The notes beneath the pieces are model-generated. The model ran no database searches. It had not been told where the DNA came from and saw only the letters and a program-made list of their open reading frames with translations. A DNA stretch of 64,000 bases from an uncultured Kiritimatiellota bacterium (GTDB lineage Bacteria; Verrucomicrobiota; Kiritimatiellia; RFP12; DVOR01), in contig CALXSF010000001.1 of assembly GCA_944391055.1 (NCBI GenBank), positions 68,858 to 132,857 on the forward strand. The letters are read 5' to 3'. The position numbers and the translations under genes were made by a program. Numbering within the stretch: the first letter of the stretch is position 1; every line of letters starts with the position of its first letter. Below, piece after piece: positions 8,600-19,150 of this stretch.

Positions 8600-9529
8600 A
8601 TGGCCGTCGAGCAGAACAATCCCTTTGGGCGGAAGGATCCGCGCATCATCACGGTCAAGCCGCCCGTCCCCCCCGCCGCGCCCGCGGATGGGGGCGGGCC
8701 GGGGAAGGCCGCCGCGCCCGCCGCGCCGCCGCTCCTGGAGGTGGAGGGGCTCTGCACGTGGTTCCCCGTCAAAAAGGGGATCTTCGCCCGGACGGTCGGC
8801 TACGTCAAGGCCGTCAACGGCGTCTCCTTCGCCATGCAGGCCGGGGAGACGCTCGGCGTCGTCGGCGAGTCGGGTTGCGGCAAGAGCACGCTCAGCCGCA
8901 CCATCCTCCGCCTTGAAAAGCCCCACGCCGGGAAAGTCCGCTTCGGGGGGCGCGACGTCTTCGCCCTGCGCGGCAAAGACCTCCAGCAATATCGGCGCGA
9001 CATGCAGGTGGTCTTCCAAGACCCCCACGCCACGCTCAATCCCCGCCACTCCGTCCTTGAGATCCTCACGGAGGGGATGCTCGTCCACGGCCTCATCAAG
9101 CCCAAGGACACGCAGGAGGTCGCCGCCGAGCTGCTGCGCGACGTCGGGCTCCAGCCCGACGCCATGCACCGCTATCCGCACGCCTTCTCCGGCGGGCAGC
9201 GCCAGCGCATTTGCATCGCGCGGGCCTTGGCCCTCCGCCCCAAGATGATCATCTGCGACGAGGCGGTCTCCGCCCTCGACCTTTCCATTCGTGCGCAGGT
9301 GCTCAACCTGCTCATGGAGCTCAAGGACAAATACCACCTCGCCTACCTCTTCATCACCCACGACATCGGGGTCGTCGAGCACATCGCCGACAACATCATC
9401 GTCATGTTCAAGGGCGAGATCGTCGAGCGCGGCCCCGCCGAGCAGGTGCTGCTCCATCCGCAGGAGCCCTACACGCAGCGCCTGATCGCCGCCGTGCCGC
9501 GCGTCGGCGGCGCGGCCGTCGGTGCCTGA
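8600..9529 (+). CDS. Oligopeptide/dipeptide-type ABC transporter ATP-binding protein (OppF/DppF-like). No cognate permease or SBP nearby
   Basis: Walker A GESGCGKST, signature LSGGQRQRICIARAL, Walker B IICDEAVSALD, C-terminal Opp-type extension. GGGAGG RBS before the ATG at 8600. The track ORF begins earlier inside guaB. Confidence 0.8.
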   Translation: MAVEQNNPFGRKDPRIITVKPPVPPAAPADGGGPGKAAAPAAPPLLEVEGLCTWFPVKKGIFARTVGYVKAVNGVSFAMQAGETLGVVGESGCGKSTLSRTILRLEKPHAGKVRFGGRDVFALRGKDLQQYRRDMQVVFQDPHATLNPRHSVLEILTEGMLVHGLIKPKDTQEVAAELLRDVGLQPDAMHRYPHAFSGGQRQRICIARALALRPKMIICDEAVSALDLSIRAQVLNLLMELKDKYHLAYLFITHDIGVVEHIADNIIVMFKGEIVERGPAEQVLLHPQEPYTQRLIAAVPRVGGAAVGA

Positions 9530-9536
9530 CGGGGAA

Positions 9537-10652
9537 ATGCCCATGCGCCATCGCGTCGTCCTTCGGGTGGATCTCGCCACCCTGTCCGCCAATTACCGTG
9601 CCGTCTGCGGCGTGGCCGCGCCCTGCGCGGTCATGCCGGTGCTCAAAGCCAATGCCTATGGGCTGGGCGTCGGGCCCATCGCCCGGGCGCTTGTCGCCGC
9701 CGGCGCGCCAAGGATCGCCGTCGCCGAGCCGTTCGAGGCGCTCCGACTCCAAGGGCTCGGCGTCCCCGTCCAAATCCTCTCCGCGATCCTTCCGGACGAG
9801 ATCGAGCCGATGGTCGAGGCCGGCGTCACGCTGCCGCTCACCGATCTCGCCACGGCCCGCCTGATTTCCGGGGAGGCGCTTCGGCAGGGGCGCACGGCCG
9901 TCTGCCACGTCGCCCTCGACACCGGCATGGGTCGCGCCGGCGTCCTTTGGCAGGAGGCGCCGGATTTCCTGCGCGCCGCCGCCGCGCTCCCGGGGCTGGA
10001 CATCGAGGGCATCCTCACGCACTTCCCGCTCGCCTACCAGGGAGGCTCCGCCTTCACCCGGGAGCAGCTACGCCGGTTCCGCCGCGTGCTTGCCGCCGCC
10101 GAGGCCCTTGGGCTTCGCTTCCGATGGGTTCACGCGGCCAATTCCGACGCCATCAACAACGCGCCGGAGGCGTGCCGGCCCCCCTTCAACCTCGTCCGCT
10201 GCGGCATCAACCTGCACGGTGCCTTCGACGCCGCCGGGGCGCTCCGCGTCCCCCTCCGGCCGGTGCTCACCCTCACCGCCCGGCTCGCGCAGGTGCGCAC
10301 GCTCCCGGCCGGGACGCCCTTGGGCTACGGCCACACCTATCGGACGCCCCGGCCTCTGCGGGTCGGCACCGTCGCCGCGGGGTACGCCGACGGCCTGCCG
10401 CTGGCGCTCTCCAACCGCGGGACGGTCCTCATCCGCGGCGTCGCGGCGCCCATCCTCGGGCGCCTTTCGATGGATTACCTCACCGTCAGCCTCGAGGACG
10501 TGCCAGAGGCCGTGCCCGGCGACCCCGTCACCCTGCTTGGGCGCGACGGCGGCCTTGAGATCCCCGTCCAAGATTGGGCCAACCTCAAAGGCACGCACGC
10601 CTACGACATCATCTGCTCCATCGGCACCCGCGTCGCCCGCGAATACGTCTGA
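9537..10652 (+). CDS. alr: Alanine racemase
   Basis: PLP lysine motif VMPVLKANAYGLG, about 370 aa, alanine racemase C-terminal domain. The start is uncertain (GTG 9522, ATG 9537 or ATG 9543). Confidence 0.85.
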   Translation: MPMRHRVVLRVDLATLSANYRAVCGVAAPCAVMPVLKANAYGLGVGPIARALVAAGAPRIAVAEPFEALRLQGLGVPVQILSAILPDEIEPMVEAGVTLPLTDLATARLISGEALRQGRTAVCHVALDTGMGRAGVLWQEAPDFLRAAAALPGLDIEGILTHFPLAYQGGSAFTREQLRRFRRVLAAAEALGLRFRWVHAANSDAINNAPEACRPPFNLVRCGINLHGAFDAAGALRVPLRPVLTLTARLAQVRTLPAGTPLGYGHTYRTPRPLRVGTVAAGYADGLPLALSNRGTVLIRGVAAPILGRLSMDYLTVSLEDVPEAVPGDPVTLLGRDGGLEIPVQDWANLKGTHAYDIICSIGTRVAREYV

Positions 10653-10674
10653 CCGGGAGGGCGCCGCGCCAAGA

Positions 10675-10714
10675 CAATGGGCCCGCCCAGGGAAGGGCGG
10701 GCCCATTGTGTTTG
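10675..10714. terminator. 13-bp perfect hairpin between convergent alr and the GH2-like gene (weak T-tract)
   Basis: AATGGGCCCGCCC-AGGGAA-GGGCGGGCCCATT followed by GTGTTTG. Confidence 0.35.
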
Positions 10715-10738
10715 CCCCACGGGCGGCGGGGTGGGGGA

Positions 10739-13700
10739 TCAGGCCTCGTTGGGGAGGAGGATGAGGCGGTCGATCATGAAGTTGGGGCCGGAGGTCTTCT
10801 GGATGCGGAGCTCGAGCTTGCCGTCGAGGAAATCCTCCATGTCCACGGGGAGCTCGAGCCAGTAGGAGCCGTCGGGGTTGCCTTTGCCTTTGGCGTGGGG
10901 CGGGATGGCGAAGGCGCGGTTGCCGTCGAAGACGCCCTTGGCGGTCCGGCCGTTGCCGTTGGGGTCGCGGAAGCGGACGAGGAGCTTGCCGCGGATGTTG
11001 GCGCAGCCGGTGAGGGTGATCGTCATGTCCTCGCCGACCCAGTATTTGCCGTCCTTGTCGGCCCAGGTGCGGACGCCTTGGCCGGAGAGGGCGTAGGCGC
11101 CGGAGACGAGCTCGGCGCGGTCGCGTTTCTTGTCCCACGGCACGTCGGCATGGGCCCGCCCGAGAAGGGCGGCGCACTCGATGTAGGCGACGGCGTTCTT
11201 GTAGCGCGCGGGGCGGGGTGGGAGTTCGGCGCGGGCGTCGTGGAAGAGCGCCCAGAGGTCTTTCGCGGCGACGGCGGCCTTGGGCGCGAAGGCGTCGGAG
11301 GCGACGTAGTCGAGGAGCGAACGCCGGAGCTGCCGGGCCTCGGGGCGGCCTGAGGAGAGGTCGATCCCGGAGACGAGCAGGCGGCCGGGGCCGACGGCGG
11401 TCTCGAAGAGGAGCGCGGCGAGCGCGGGTTTGTGGAAGTCGACGATGGGCATGGCCAGCGGGGTGAAGTCCGGGGCCGCGCCGGCGACGCGGAAGGTGGC
11501 GGCGCCGTTGACGAGGTGCTGCCATTGCCAGTCCTGCCAATCCTCGGTGGGGAATTGGGCGAAGGCGGGGCTCTTGTCCTGCACGACCATGCCGAGGGTG
11601 GCGTTGCGCTGGCCGGGGAACCAGGTGGTGCTCCAGTAGACGGGGCGGAAGGCGGAGAAGACCGTGGCCTTGGGGTTGGGGCAGGCGTGGGCGTCGAAGA
11701 GGACGCGGGCGCCCTTGGCGAGGGCGGCCTTGGCCTCGGCGGGGTCGTCGGTGAGGACGACGCCCTGGGGGATGCCCTGGGGGATGTCGGCGGGGTAGAC
11801 CCAGAGCGGCCAGCGGTTGTCGCCGAAGCGGAGCTCGATCTTGGCGGGGGCCTTGACGTCCGCGAGGGGGACGCTGATTTGGCCGACCTCCGTCACGCTC
11901 CCCATCGGGACGGTTTTCGTGAAGGCACCGCTTTGCCCGAGGGCGGGGATGGACCACGCGAAGGGGCCTTCGAGCGGCTTTTCGCCGTAGTTGTGGATGA
12001 CGAGCTTGGCGGTGAAGGTCTCGGCGGAGGTCCAGGTGTACTTGGCGAACCGGGCGAGATGGGCCACGGGCGCGAAGTAGGCGGCGACGGGGACGGCGCG
12101 CTCGGCGCCGGGCTTGGCGTCGTAGAAGGAGTCAAGCCAGCCGATGAGGGCCTCGCCCTGGCCGGAGTAATCCTGCGCGCCGAGGAGCTGGAGCCCGGCG
12201 CAGGAGGGCGTGCGCAGGAAACTTTCGATCTCGTCCTTGTACATGAGGCGGTTGGTCATGAGCGAGGCGCGGGCGAAGGCCGCATTGAAGCGGAGGACGC
12301 CGGCCTTGGCGCTGGCGTCGCGCAGACCCTCGAGGTTCCATGGGCGGAGGAGGCCCGTGTACTTGGGGAGTTCGCGGGCGAAGTCGGGGAAGACGGGCCA
12401 TTGGCCGATCTCGTGGGCGACGGTGGGGAGCTTGGTCCTGGAATAGACGTCCTCGTAGTCCCAGTCGGTGCCCTCGCGGCGGCGTTCGCGGACCATGCCC
12501 ACGCCGGGGTAGCTGTGGGTGACGAGGAAGTCGTCGCCCGCGGAGATCTGCCGGGCGGAGCTGGCGGCGTAGAGGTGGCGGCCGTCATGGGCCTTGCACG
12601 CCTTCATCCACTCGCCGAGCAGCCTGAAATCGGAGCTGCCCAGCTCGTTGCCGATGCTGAGCGAGAAGAAGGAGGGGGCGTTGCCGTAGGCGTCGAGGAT
12701 CCGGAAGAGCTCGGCGCGGACGAAGTCGTCGACCTCCTTGGGCCCGCGCCCGAGGCCCTTGATGTACTTGTGGTCGCGCACCATCCAGCCGTCGATCCAG
12801 ACGACCTCGGGGGAGATCAGGAGCCCCAGCTCGTCCGCCGCGTCGAAGGCCGCCTGGGGGACGGCCCACGTGTGGCAGCGGATCTGGTTGACGCCCTGGC
12901 CCTTGAGGATGCCGAAGATGCGCAGCCAGCTGGCCTTGTCCATCGCGGGGTAGCCGGTGAGCGGGAAGTGGCAGTTCTCGGTGTTGCCGCGGACGAAGAA
13001 GGGGCGGCCGTTCATGTAGACCTGCCGGCCCCTGACCTCGAAGGAGCGGAAGCCGAAGCGGATGGCGTGCCCCAGGCCCCGCCAGTTCAGCGTGAGGGTG
13101 TAGAGCCGCGGGTCGAACTCGCTCCAGGGCTTGGCGCCCGGCACGCGCAGGGTCAGCGCGCCGCCCTCGGCGGAGAGCGTCTCGGCCTTCTCCCCGGCGA
13201 CGGCGGCGGCGACCTCCTCGGCGGGGACGCCCTCGGGCAGGCGGACGGTCACGGTGTCGCCGAAGGGCGCGAAGACGCGCGCCTGGCGCAGGGGGTTGCG
13301 CGGGCGCAGCGCCACCGTGCCGATGACGCCGTTCCAGCGCGTCTGCATGGAGTCGCCGTAGCTGTGGCTCTTCTCGCCGATGGGGTGGATGAGGGAATTG
13401 TCGATGGTGAGCGTGAGCGCGTGCGTGCCGGGCGTGAGCAGGCGCTCGGGGATGACGTAGACGTGCGGCGTGGCCAGGGAGTCGCACGTGCCCAGCGGCG
13501 TGCCGTCCCACGACGCCGCGCTCTTCCACATCACGCGCTCAAGGAAGAGCTCATAGTCGCCCTTCATGTCCGGGGAGACGGTGATGGTGCGCGTGTAGGT
13601 GGCCGGGCCGACATACTGGTGGCGGGGGGTGAGCGCGCCGTAGACGGGCTTCTTCGCGGCCGGCCCAAGCTTCGCGTCCCCCAACGTCCCGGGCAGGCGG

Positions 13701-13821
13701 ATCTCCGCGGGCGCGGCCTCGCCGAGGCGCACCTGCCAGGTTCCCGCCAAATCCATCGTCGGCGCCGCCACGGCGCTTGCCGCGCACCATCCGGCCGCCG
13801 CAATCATCGCTGTCCACTTCA
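10739..13821 (-). CDS. Secreted GH2-like glycoside hydrolase, paralog 1 (about 1027 aa)
   Basis: Signal peptide MKWTAMIAAAGWCAASAVAA. TIM-barrel start NQIRCHTWAVP, and acid/base-like SIGNELG that resembles the GH2 WSxGNE motif. The family assignment is tentative. The track ORF 10739..15073 over-extends through the intergenic spacer into the paralog. Confidence 0.75.
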
Positions 13822-13880
13822 TCGCGTCATTCCTTTCGGGGGTGTGTTCGCCGGCAGTATAGCAACTTTCCCGCGCGCGG

Positions 13881-16800
13881 TCACGCGTTGTTGGGCAGGA
13901 GGACGACGCGGTCGACGGTGATGTTGGGGCCGCCGGTCTTTCGGAGGCGGAGCTCGAGCTTCCCGTCGAGGAAGTCCTCCATGTCCACGGGCAGTTCGAG
14001 CCAGTAAGAGCCGTCGGGGTTGTCCTTCCCCTTGGCGTGGGGCGGGATGGCGAAGGCGCGCCCGCCGTCGAAAACGCCCTCGCAGGTGCGGCCGTTGGCG
14101 TTGGCGTCGCGGAAGCGGACCAGCAGTTTGCCGCGGACGTTGGGGCAGCCGGAGAGCGTGATGGTGAGCGTGTCGCGGCCCACCCAATAACGGCCGTCCT
14201 TGTCCGCCCACGTGAAGACGCCCGGCCCGTCGGGCGTGACGCTGCCGGCGACGCATTCCGAGCGGTCGCGCTTGGGCGACCAGGCCGTCTCGACGCCCTG
14301 ACGGGTGAGGAAGGCGGCGCATTCGACGTAGGCGACGGCGGCCTTGTACGCGTCGGGGCGGGGGGCGAGGTCGGCGCGGGCGTCGTGGAAGAGCGCCCAA
14401 AGGTCTTTTTCCCCGATGGCGGCCTTGGGCGCGAAGGCCTCGGAGGCGACGTAGTCGAGGAGCGAGCGCCGAAGCTGCCGGGCCTCGGGGCGGCGGTCGG
14501 AAAGGTCGAACCCGGAGACCAGGAGGCGGCCCGGCCCGACGGCGGTCTCGAAGAGCGCGGCGGCCAGCGCGGGCTTGTGGAAGTCGACCACGGGCATGGC
14601 CAGCGGGACGAAGTCCGGCGCCGCGCCGGCGATGCGGAAGGTGGCGGCGTTGTCGATGAGGTGCTTCCACTGCCAGTCCTGCCAATCCTCGGTGGGGAAC
14701 CGGGCGAAGGCGGGGTGCTTGTCCTGCACGACCATGCCGAGTGTCGTCCGGCTCTGCCCGGAGAAGAAGGCGGCGCTCCAGTAAACGGGGATGAACGAGG
14801 CGTGGATGGCGGCGGACGGGGCGGGGCAGGCGTGGGCGTCGAAGAGGACGCGCGCGCCCTTGGCGAGGGCGGCCTTGGCCTCGGCGGGGTCTTCGGTAAG
14901 GACGACGCCCTCCGGGACGGCCTCGGGGACGTCGGCCGGGTAGATCCAGATCGGCCAGCGGTTGTCGCCGAAGCGGAACTCCGCCTTGGCGGGCGCGGGG
15001 ACGTCCCGCAGGGGAAGCGCGAGCTCGCCGACCTCCCGCACGGCGCCGACGGGGACGTCGACGTGGACGACACCCGTGCGGTTGAGCGCGAGAAAGGACC
15101 AGACGACGGGGCCGCGGAGCGGCTTCTCGCCGTAGTTGTGGATGACGAGCTTGACGGCGAAGGTCTCGTCGGTGGTCCATGTGTACTTGGCGAAGCGGGC
15201 CAGATGGGCCACGGGCGCGAAGTAGGCGGGCACGGGGACGGCGCGCTCGGCGCCGGGCTTCTCGTCGTAGAAGGAGTCGAACCACCCGATGAGGGCCTCG
15301 CCGTGGCCGGTGTAGTCCTGGATGCCGAGGAGCTGGAGCCCGGCGCAGGAGGGGGTGCGCAGGAAGCTCTCGATCTCGTCCTTGTACATGAGGCGGTTGG
15401 TCATGAGCGAGGCGCGCTCATAGGCCGCGTTGAAGCGGAGGACGCCCGCCTCGGTGCTGCGCGCGCGGAATTGCTCGAAGTTCCAAGGGCGCAGCAGCCC
15501 GGCATACTTGGGGATCTCGCGGGCGAAGTTGGGGAAGACGGGCCATTGGCCGATCTCGTGGGCGACGGTGGGCACCTGCGTCTTGGCGTAGACGTCCTCG
15601 TAGTCCCAGTCGGTGCCCTCGCGGCGGCGTTCGCGCACCCAGCCGACGCCGGGATAGAAGTGGGTGACGGTGAGGTCGTCGGCGGGGGTGATGGCGCGGG
15701 CGGAGCTGGCGGCGTAGAGGTGGCGGCCGTCATGGGCCTTGCACGCCGCCATCCATTCGCCGAGCAGCCCGAAGTCGGAGCTGCCCAGCTCGTTGCCGAC
15801 GGTGAGGGAGAAGAAGGAGGGGGCGTTGCCGTAGGCGTCGAGCACGCGGAAGAGTTCGGCGCGGACAAAGGCGTCCGCGTCCGCGTTGCCCCGGCCCAAG
15901 CCTTTGAGATAGGGGTAGACCTCGGACATCCAGCCGTCGAACCAAATGATCTCGGGGGAGACGAAGAGCCCCAGCTCGTCCGCCGCGTCGAAGGCCGCCT
16001 GCGGCACGACCCACGAGTGGCAGCGGATCTGGTTGACGCCCTGCCCTTTGAGGATGCCGAAGATGCGCAGCCACGACGCCTTGTCCATCGCGGGATAGCC
16101 GGTGAGCGGGAAGTGGCAGTTGTCGGTGTTGCCGCGGACGAAGAAGGGGCGGCCGTTGACGAACAGGCGGTTGCCCCGGCGCTCGACGGTGCGGAAGCCG
16201 AAGCGGATGGCGTGCCCCAGGCCCCGCCAGTTCAGCGTGAGGGTGTAGAGCCGCGGGTCGAACTCGCTCCAAGGCTTGGCCCCCGGCACGCGCAGGGTCA
16301 GCGCGTCGCCCTCGGCGGAAAGCCGTTCGGTCTTCATGCCGTCCACGGCGGCCTCGACCTCCTCCGCGGGGACGCCTTTGGGCAGGCGGACGGTCACGGT
16401 CTCGCCGCAGGGCGCGAAGACGCGCGCCTGGCGCAGCGGGTTGCGCGGGCGCAGCTCCAGGCGGCCGATGGCCCCGTTCCAGCGCGTCTGCATCAGGTCG
16501 CCGTAGCTGTGGCTCTTCTCGCCGATGGGGTGGATGAGGGAATTGTCGATGGTCAGGGTGAGGGTGTGCGTGCCGGGCGTGAGGAGTTTGGCGGGGATGG
16601 GGTGGACGTGCGGCGCGCTGAGGGAATCGCACGCGCCCAGCGGCGTGCCGTCCCACGCCGCCGTGCTCTTCCACATCACGCGCTCGAGGAAGAGTTCGTA
16701 GTCGCCCGTCATCCCCGGCGTGACGGTGACGGTGCGCGTGTAGGTGGCCGGGCCGACGTAAAGGCGGCGCGGCGTGAGGGCGCCGTCGAGCGGCCGCGTC

Positions 16801-16970
16801 GCCTCCGGGCCGAGCCCCGCGTCCCCGAGCGTGCCGGGCAGACGGATCTCCGCGGGCGCGGCCTCGCCAAGGCGCACCTGCCACGCCCCCGCCAAATCCA
16901 CCGTCGGCGGCGTCGCCGCCGCGCCCGCCGCGCACAAACCGATGGCCGCGACCGCTGTCGTCCACTTCAT
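13881..16970 (-). CDS. Secreted GH2-like glycoside hydrolase, paralog 2 (1029 aa), a tandem duplicate of 10739..13821
   Basis: MKWTTAVAAIGLCAAGAAA signal peptide. Colinear, roughly 75% identical protein (VRLGEAAPAEIRLPGTLGDA is identical in both). 59-bp spacer between the copies. Confidence 0.75.
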   Translation of the reverse strand: MKWTTAVAAIGLCAAGAAATPPTVDLAGAWQVRLGEAAPAEIRLPGTLGDAGLGPEATRPLDGALTPRRLYVGPATYTRTVTVTPGMTGDYELFLERVMWKSTAAWDGTPLGACDSLSAPHVHPIPAKLLTPGTHTLTLTIDNSLIHPIGEKSHSYGDLMQTRWNGAIGRLELRPRNPLRQARVFAPCGETVTVRLPKGVPAEEVEAAVDGMKTERLSAEGDALTLRVPGAKPWSEFDPRLYTLTLNWRGLGHAIRFGFRTVERRGNRLFVNGRPFFVRGNTDNCHFPLTGYPAMDKASWLRIFGILKGQGVNQIRCHSWVVPQAAFDAADELGLFVSPEIIWFDGWMSEVYPYLKGLGRGNADADAFVRAELFRVLDAYGNAPSFFSLTVGNELGSSDFGLLGEWMAACKAHDGRHLYAASSARAITPADDLTVTHFYPGVGWVRERRREGTDWDYEDVYAKTQVPTVAHEIGQWPVFPNFAREIPKYAGLLRPWNFEQFRARSTEAGVLRFNAAYERASLMTNRLMYKDEIESFLRTPSCAGLQLLGIQDYTGHGEALIGWFDSFYDEKPGAERAVPVPAYFAPVAHLARFAKYTWTTDETFAVKLVIHNYGEKPLRGPVVWSFLALNRTGVVHVDVPVGAVREVGELALPLRDVPAPAKAEFRFGDNRWPIWIYPADVPEAVPEGVVLTEDPAEAKAALAKGARVLFDAHACPAPSAAIHASFIPVYWSAAFFSGQSRTTLGMVVQDKHPAFARFPTEDWQDWQWKHLIDNAATFRIAGAAPDFVPLAMPVVDFHKPALAAALFETAVGPGRLLVSGFDLSDRRPEARQLRRSLLDYVASEAFAPKAAIGEKDLWALFHDARADLAPRPDAYKAAVAYVECAAFLTRQGVETAWSPKRDRSECVAGSVTPDGPGVFTWADKDGRYWVGRDTLTITLSGCPNVRGKLLVRFRDANANGRTCEGVFDGGRAFAIPPHAKGKDNPDGSYWLELPVDMEDFLDGKLELRLRKTGGPNITVDRVVLLPNNA

Positions 16971-17129
16971 TGCCTTGGTTCCTTTCGCTGTGAGTCCCTG
17001 CCTGTCAGTGTGCCACAGACCTCCGGCGGGCGTCGCCGGTTTTCGCCTTCGCCGAGGGGGTGTCTTCTCCAGAACGCGGACTGTGGCGCGCGCCTCCGCC
17101 GCATACCCCGGAATCTGTTATACTGTGCG

Positions 17130-18013
17130 CCATGAGAGCGAAACGGCCGATTGTGGCGATGTGCTATGACTTCGACGGCACTTTGGCGCCGGGCAACATG
17201 CAGGAATACGGCTTCTTCTCGGGGCTCGGCAAGGCGGCGCGCACGTTCTGGGCCGAGGCCCAGGCGATCGCGCGGCGCGACCACGCCGACCCCATCCTCT
17301 GCTATATGATGCTCATGATCCGGAAGGCCAACGTCGGGGGCCTCCAAACGACGCGCGCGGCGCTGACCGGCTATGGCCGCGACGTGCCTTTCTTCCCCGG
17401 CGTGGAGGATTGGTTCGGCCGGATTTCCAAGTTCGGGAAGGAAGTGGGCGTGGACGTCGAGCACTACATCGTCTCCTCCGGCCTGCGCGAGCTGATCGAG
17501 GGCTCCGCCATCGGCGACGCCTTCCGGAAGATCTACGCCTGCTCCTTCCTCTACGACCAGAACGACTGCGCCGTCTGGCCGGCCAACGTCGTCAACTACA
17601 CCACCAAGACGCAATTCCTCTTCCGCATCAACAAAGGCATCGAGGACGACGCCGACAACGCCGCCGTCAACGCCTTCGTGCCCGAGGAGGAGCGCCGCAT
17701 CCCCTTCGCGCGGATGCTCTATCTGGGGGACGGCCTGACGGACGTGCCCTGCATGCGCTTGGTCAAGTCCTTCGGCGGCGTCGCCATCGCCGTCCACCCC
17801 AAGGGGCGCGGCAAACGGCAGACCGCCGCGCAGCTGCTGAAGGACGGGCGCGTGAATTACGTCATGGAGGCCGATTACTCCGCGGGCGGCAAGCTGGAGC
17901 AGCTGGTCCAATGCGCCATCCGGGGCGTGGCCCTGCGGCACCGCATGGCCACCTTGGCCGGGCAGAACCACCGCCACCGCGTGCCGGGCGGGGAAAGGGG
18001 GGCGGACGCATGA
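17130..18013 (+). CDS. HAD-superfamily hydrolase
   Basis: Motif I YDFDGTLAP (DxDGT). Conserved LGDGLTD motif III-like. 294 aa from the ATG at 17130. Confidence 0.7.
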
Positions 18014-18366
18014 GGCCGGGCCGTCTCGTCTGGGCGGCCGCGCTCGCGGCGGGGATGTCCGCGTGCGGCTGCACCACCTATCTGATCGACAGCAACCCGC
18101 AGGGCCTCCGGGTCTCGGTGAACAACGTCGAGGAGGGCTTCACCCCCTGCCGCTACACGCTCTGGAGCCAGTTCTACTATCCCCTGGAGGTCACGGTGGC
18201 CCCGCCGCAGCCCCGCCAGCTGGAGGCCTACGCCGCCGCGCGCAACGTCTCGGTGGAGGCCGTCTCGGCCCCGCAGACCAAAGTGCTCACCCCGCGCTCC
18301 CCCTCCGGCACCGTCTACTTCGACTTCATCGTCCGCGAGCGCGACCTCCCCGCGCGCCCCGAGTGA
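18010..18366 (+). CDS. Small lipoprotein (118 aa), translationally coupled to the HAD gene
   Basis: ATGA overlap with the upstream stop. Signal peptide plus lipobox MRPGRLVWAAALAAGMSAC. High GC3. Confidence 0.5.
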   Translation: MRPGRLVWAAALAAGMSACGCTTYLIDSNPQGLRVSVNNVEEGFTPCRYTLWSQFYYPLEVTVAPPQPRQLEAYAAARNVSVEAVSAPQTKVLTPRSPSGTVYFDFIVRERDLPARPE

Positions 18367-18405
18367 GCCCCGCCCCGGCGGCGTTCCCACCCCCGCAAAT
18401 AAGGC

Positions 18406-18436
18406 TTGACCTGGAGTGCGGACAAGGTGCTATAGT
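18406..18436 (+). promoter_or_regulatory. MerR-type promoter with a 19-bp spacer (TTGACC-N19-TATAGT) and an imperfect dyad ACCTGG..CAAGGT
   Basis: A 19-bp spacer is characteristic of MerR-family operators. Lies directly upstream of the MerR gene, with RBS AAAGGAG. Confidence 0.4.
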
Positions 18437-18460
18437 GAGGCGCAAAAGGAGATTGCCAGC

Positions 18461-18844
18461 ATGACCATCGCCGAAGTCTGCAAACTGTGCAACGTCACCG
18501 CGGACACGCTTCGCTACTACGAGCGCGTGGGGCTCATCCCGCCCGTGCCGCGCACGGAGGGTGGGATCCGCGACTACTCGGAGGAGAGCGTCAACTGGGT
18601 GCGCTTCATCCGGCACATGCGTGCGGCGGGGCTGCAGGTCAGCGCGTTGGCGCGCTACGTGGCGCTCTTCCGGAAGGGGGACGCCTCGCTGGCCGAGCGC
18701 AAGCGGATCCTGGTCCGGCAGCGGGCGCTTCTGGCCGCGCGGATGGAGAGCCTGCGGCAGGTGCTGGAGCGCCTGGACGCGAAGATCGCCACCTATGAGG
18801 AACGCTGCGCCGTCTGGGAGCGCGAGCACCTCCGCAAGTCCTGA
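18461..18844 (+). CDS. MerR family transcriptional regulator
   Basis: N-terminal HTH MTIAEVCKLCNVTADTLRYYERVGLIPP, plus a coiled-coil dimerisation C-terminus. Confidence 0.8.
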   Translation: MTIAEVCKLCNVTADTLRYYERVGLIPPVPRTEGGIRDYSEESVNWVRFIRHMRAAGLQVSALARYVALFRKGDASLAERKRILVRQRALLAARMESLRQVLERLDAKIATYEERCAVWEREHLRKS

Positions 18845-19150
18845 CCCGCGCCCTCACCAGCCGCCGAGCGTCTCCCCGGCGTGCCGGTCGATGCCCGCGT
18901 AAGCCAGCGAGGCGTCCTCATAGCGCTTGAAGCCGAGGACGGCCTCGTTCATCCTCGCGTCGTTGAAGAGTCGCGTTGATGAGGGTCTCGATCGCCTCGC
19001 GGTGTGGGCGGCCTCGGCGGCGCGCAGGGTCTTGCCGGGGGCGGTGCGGGCGCATACAATCGCACGGGCGCCCAAAGGGGGGGCGGGGCGGCCCAAGTGT
19101 TTCCCATTGGTGGGTTTTGGCGCGCCAGGGGAAAGGCGCGGTGCGGTGGG

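Noticed and set aside
10739-15073. 1444-aa single ORF on the minus strand
   Set aside because: The N-terminal 417 aa is a Pro/Ser/Thr-rich read-through of the 59-bp spacer and the out-of-frame 3' end of the upstream paralog. The real gene starts at MKWTAMIAAAGW (13821) with a signal peptide.
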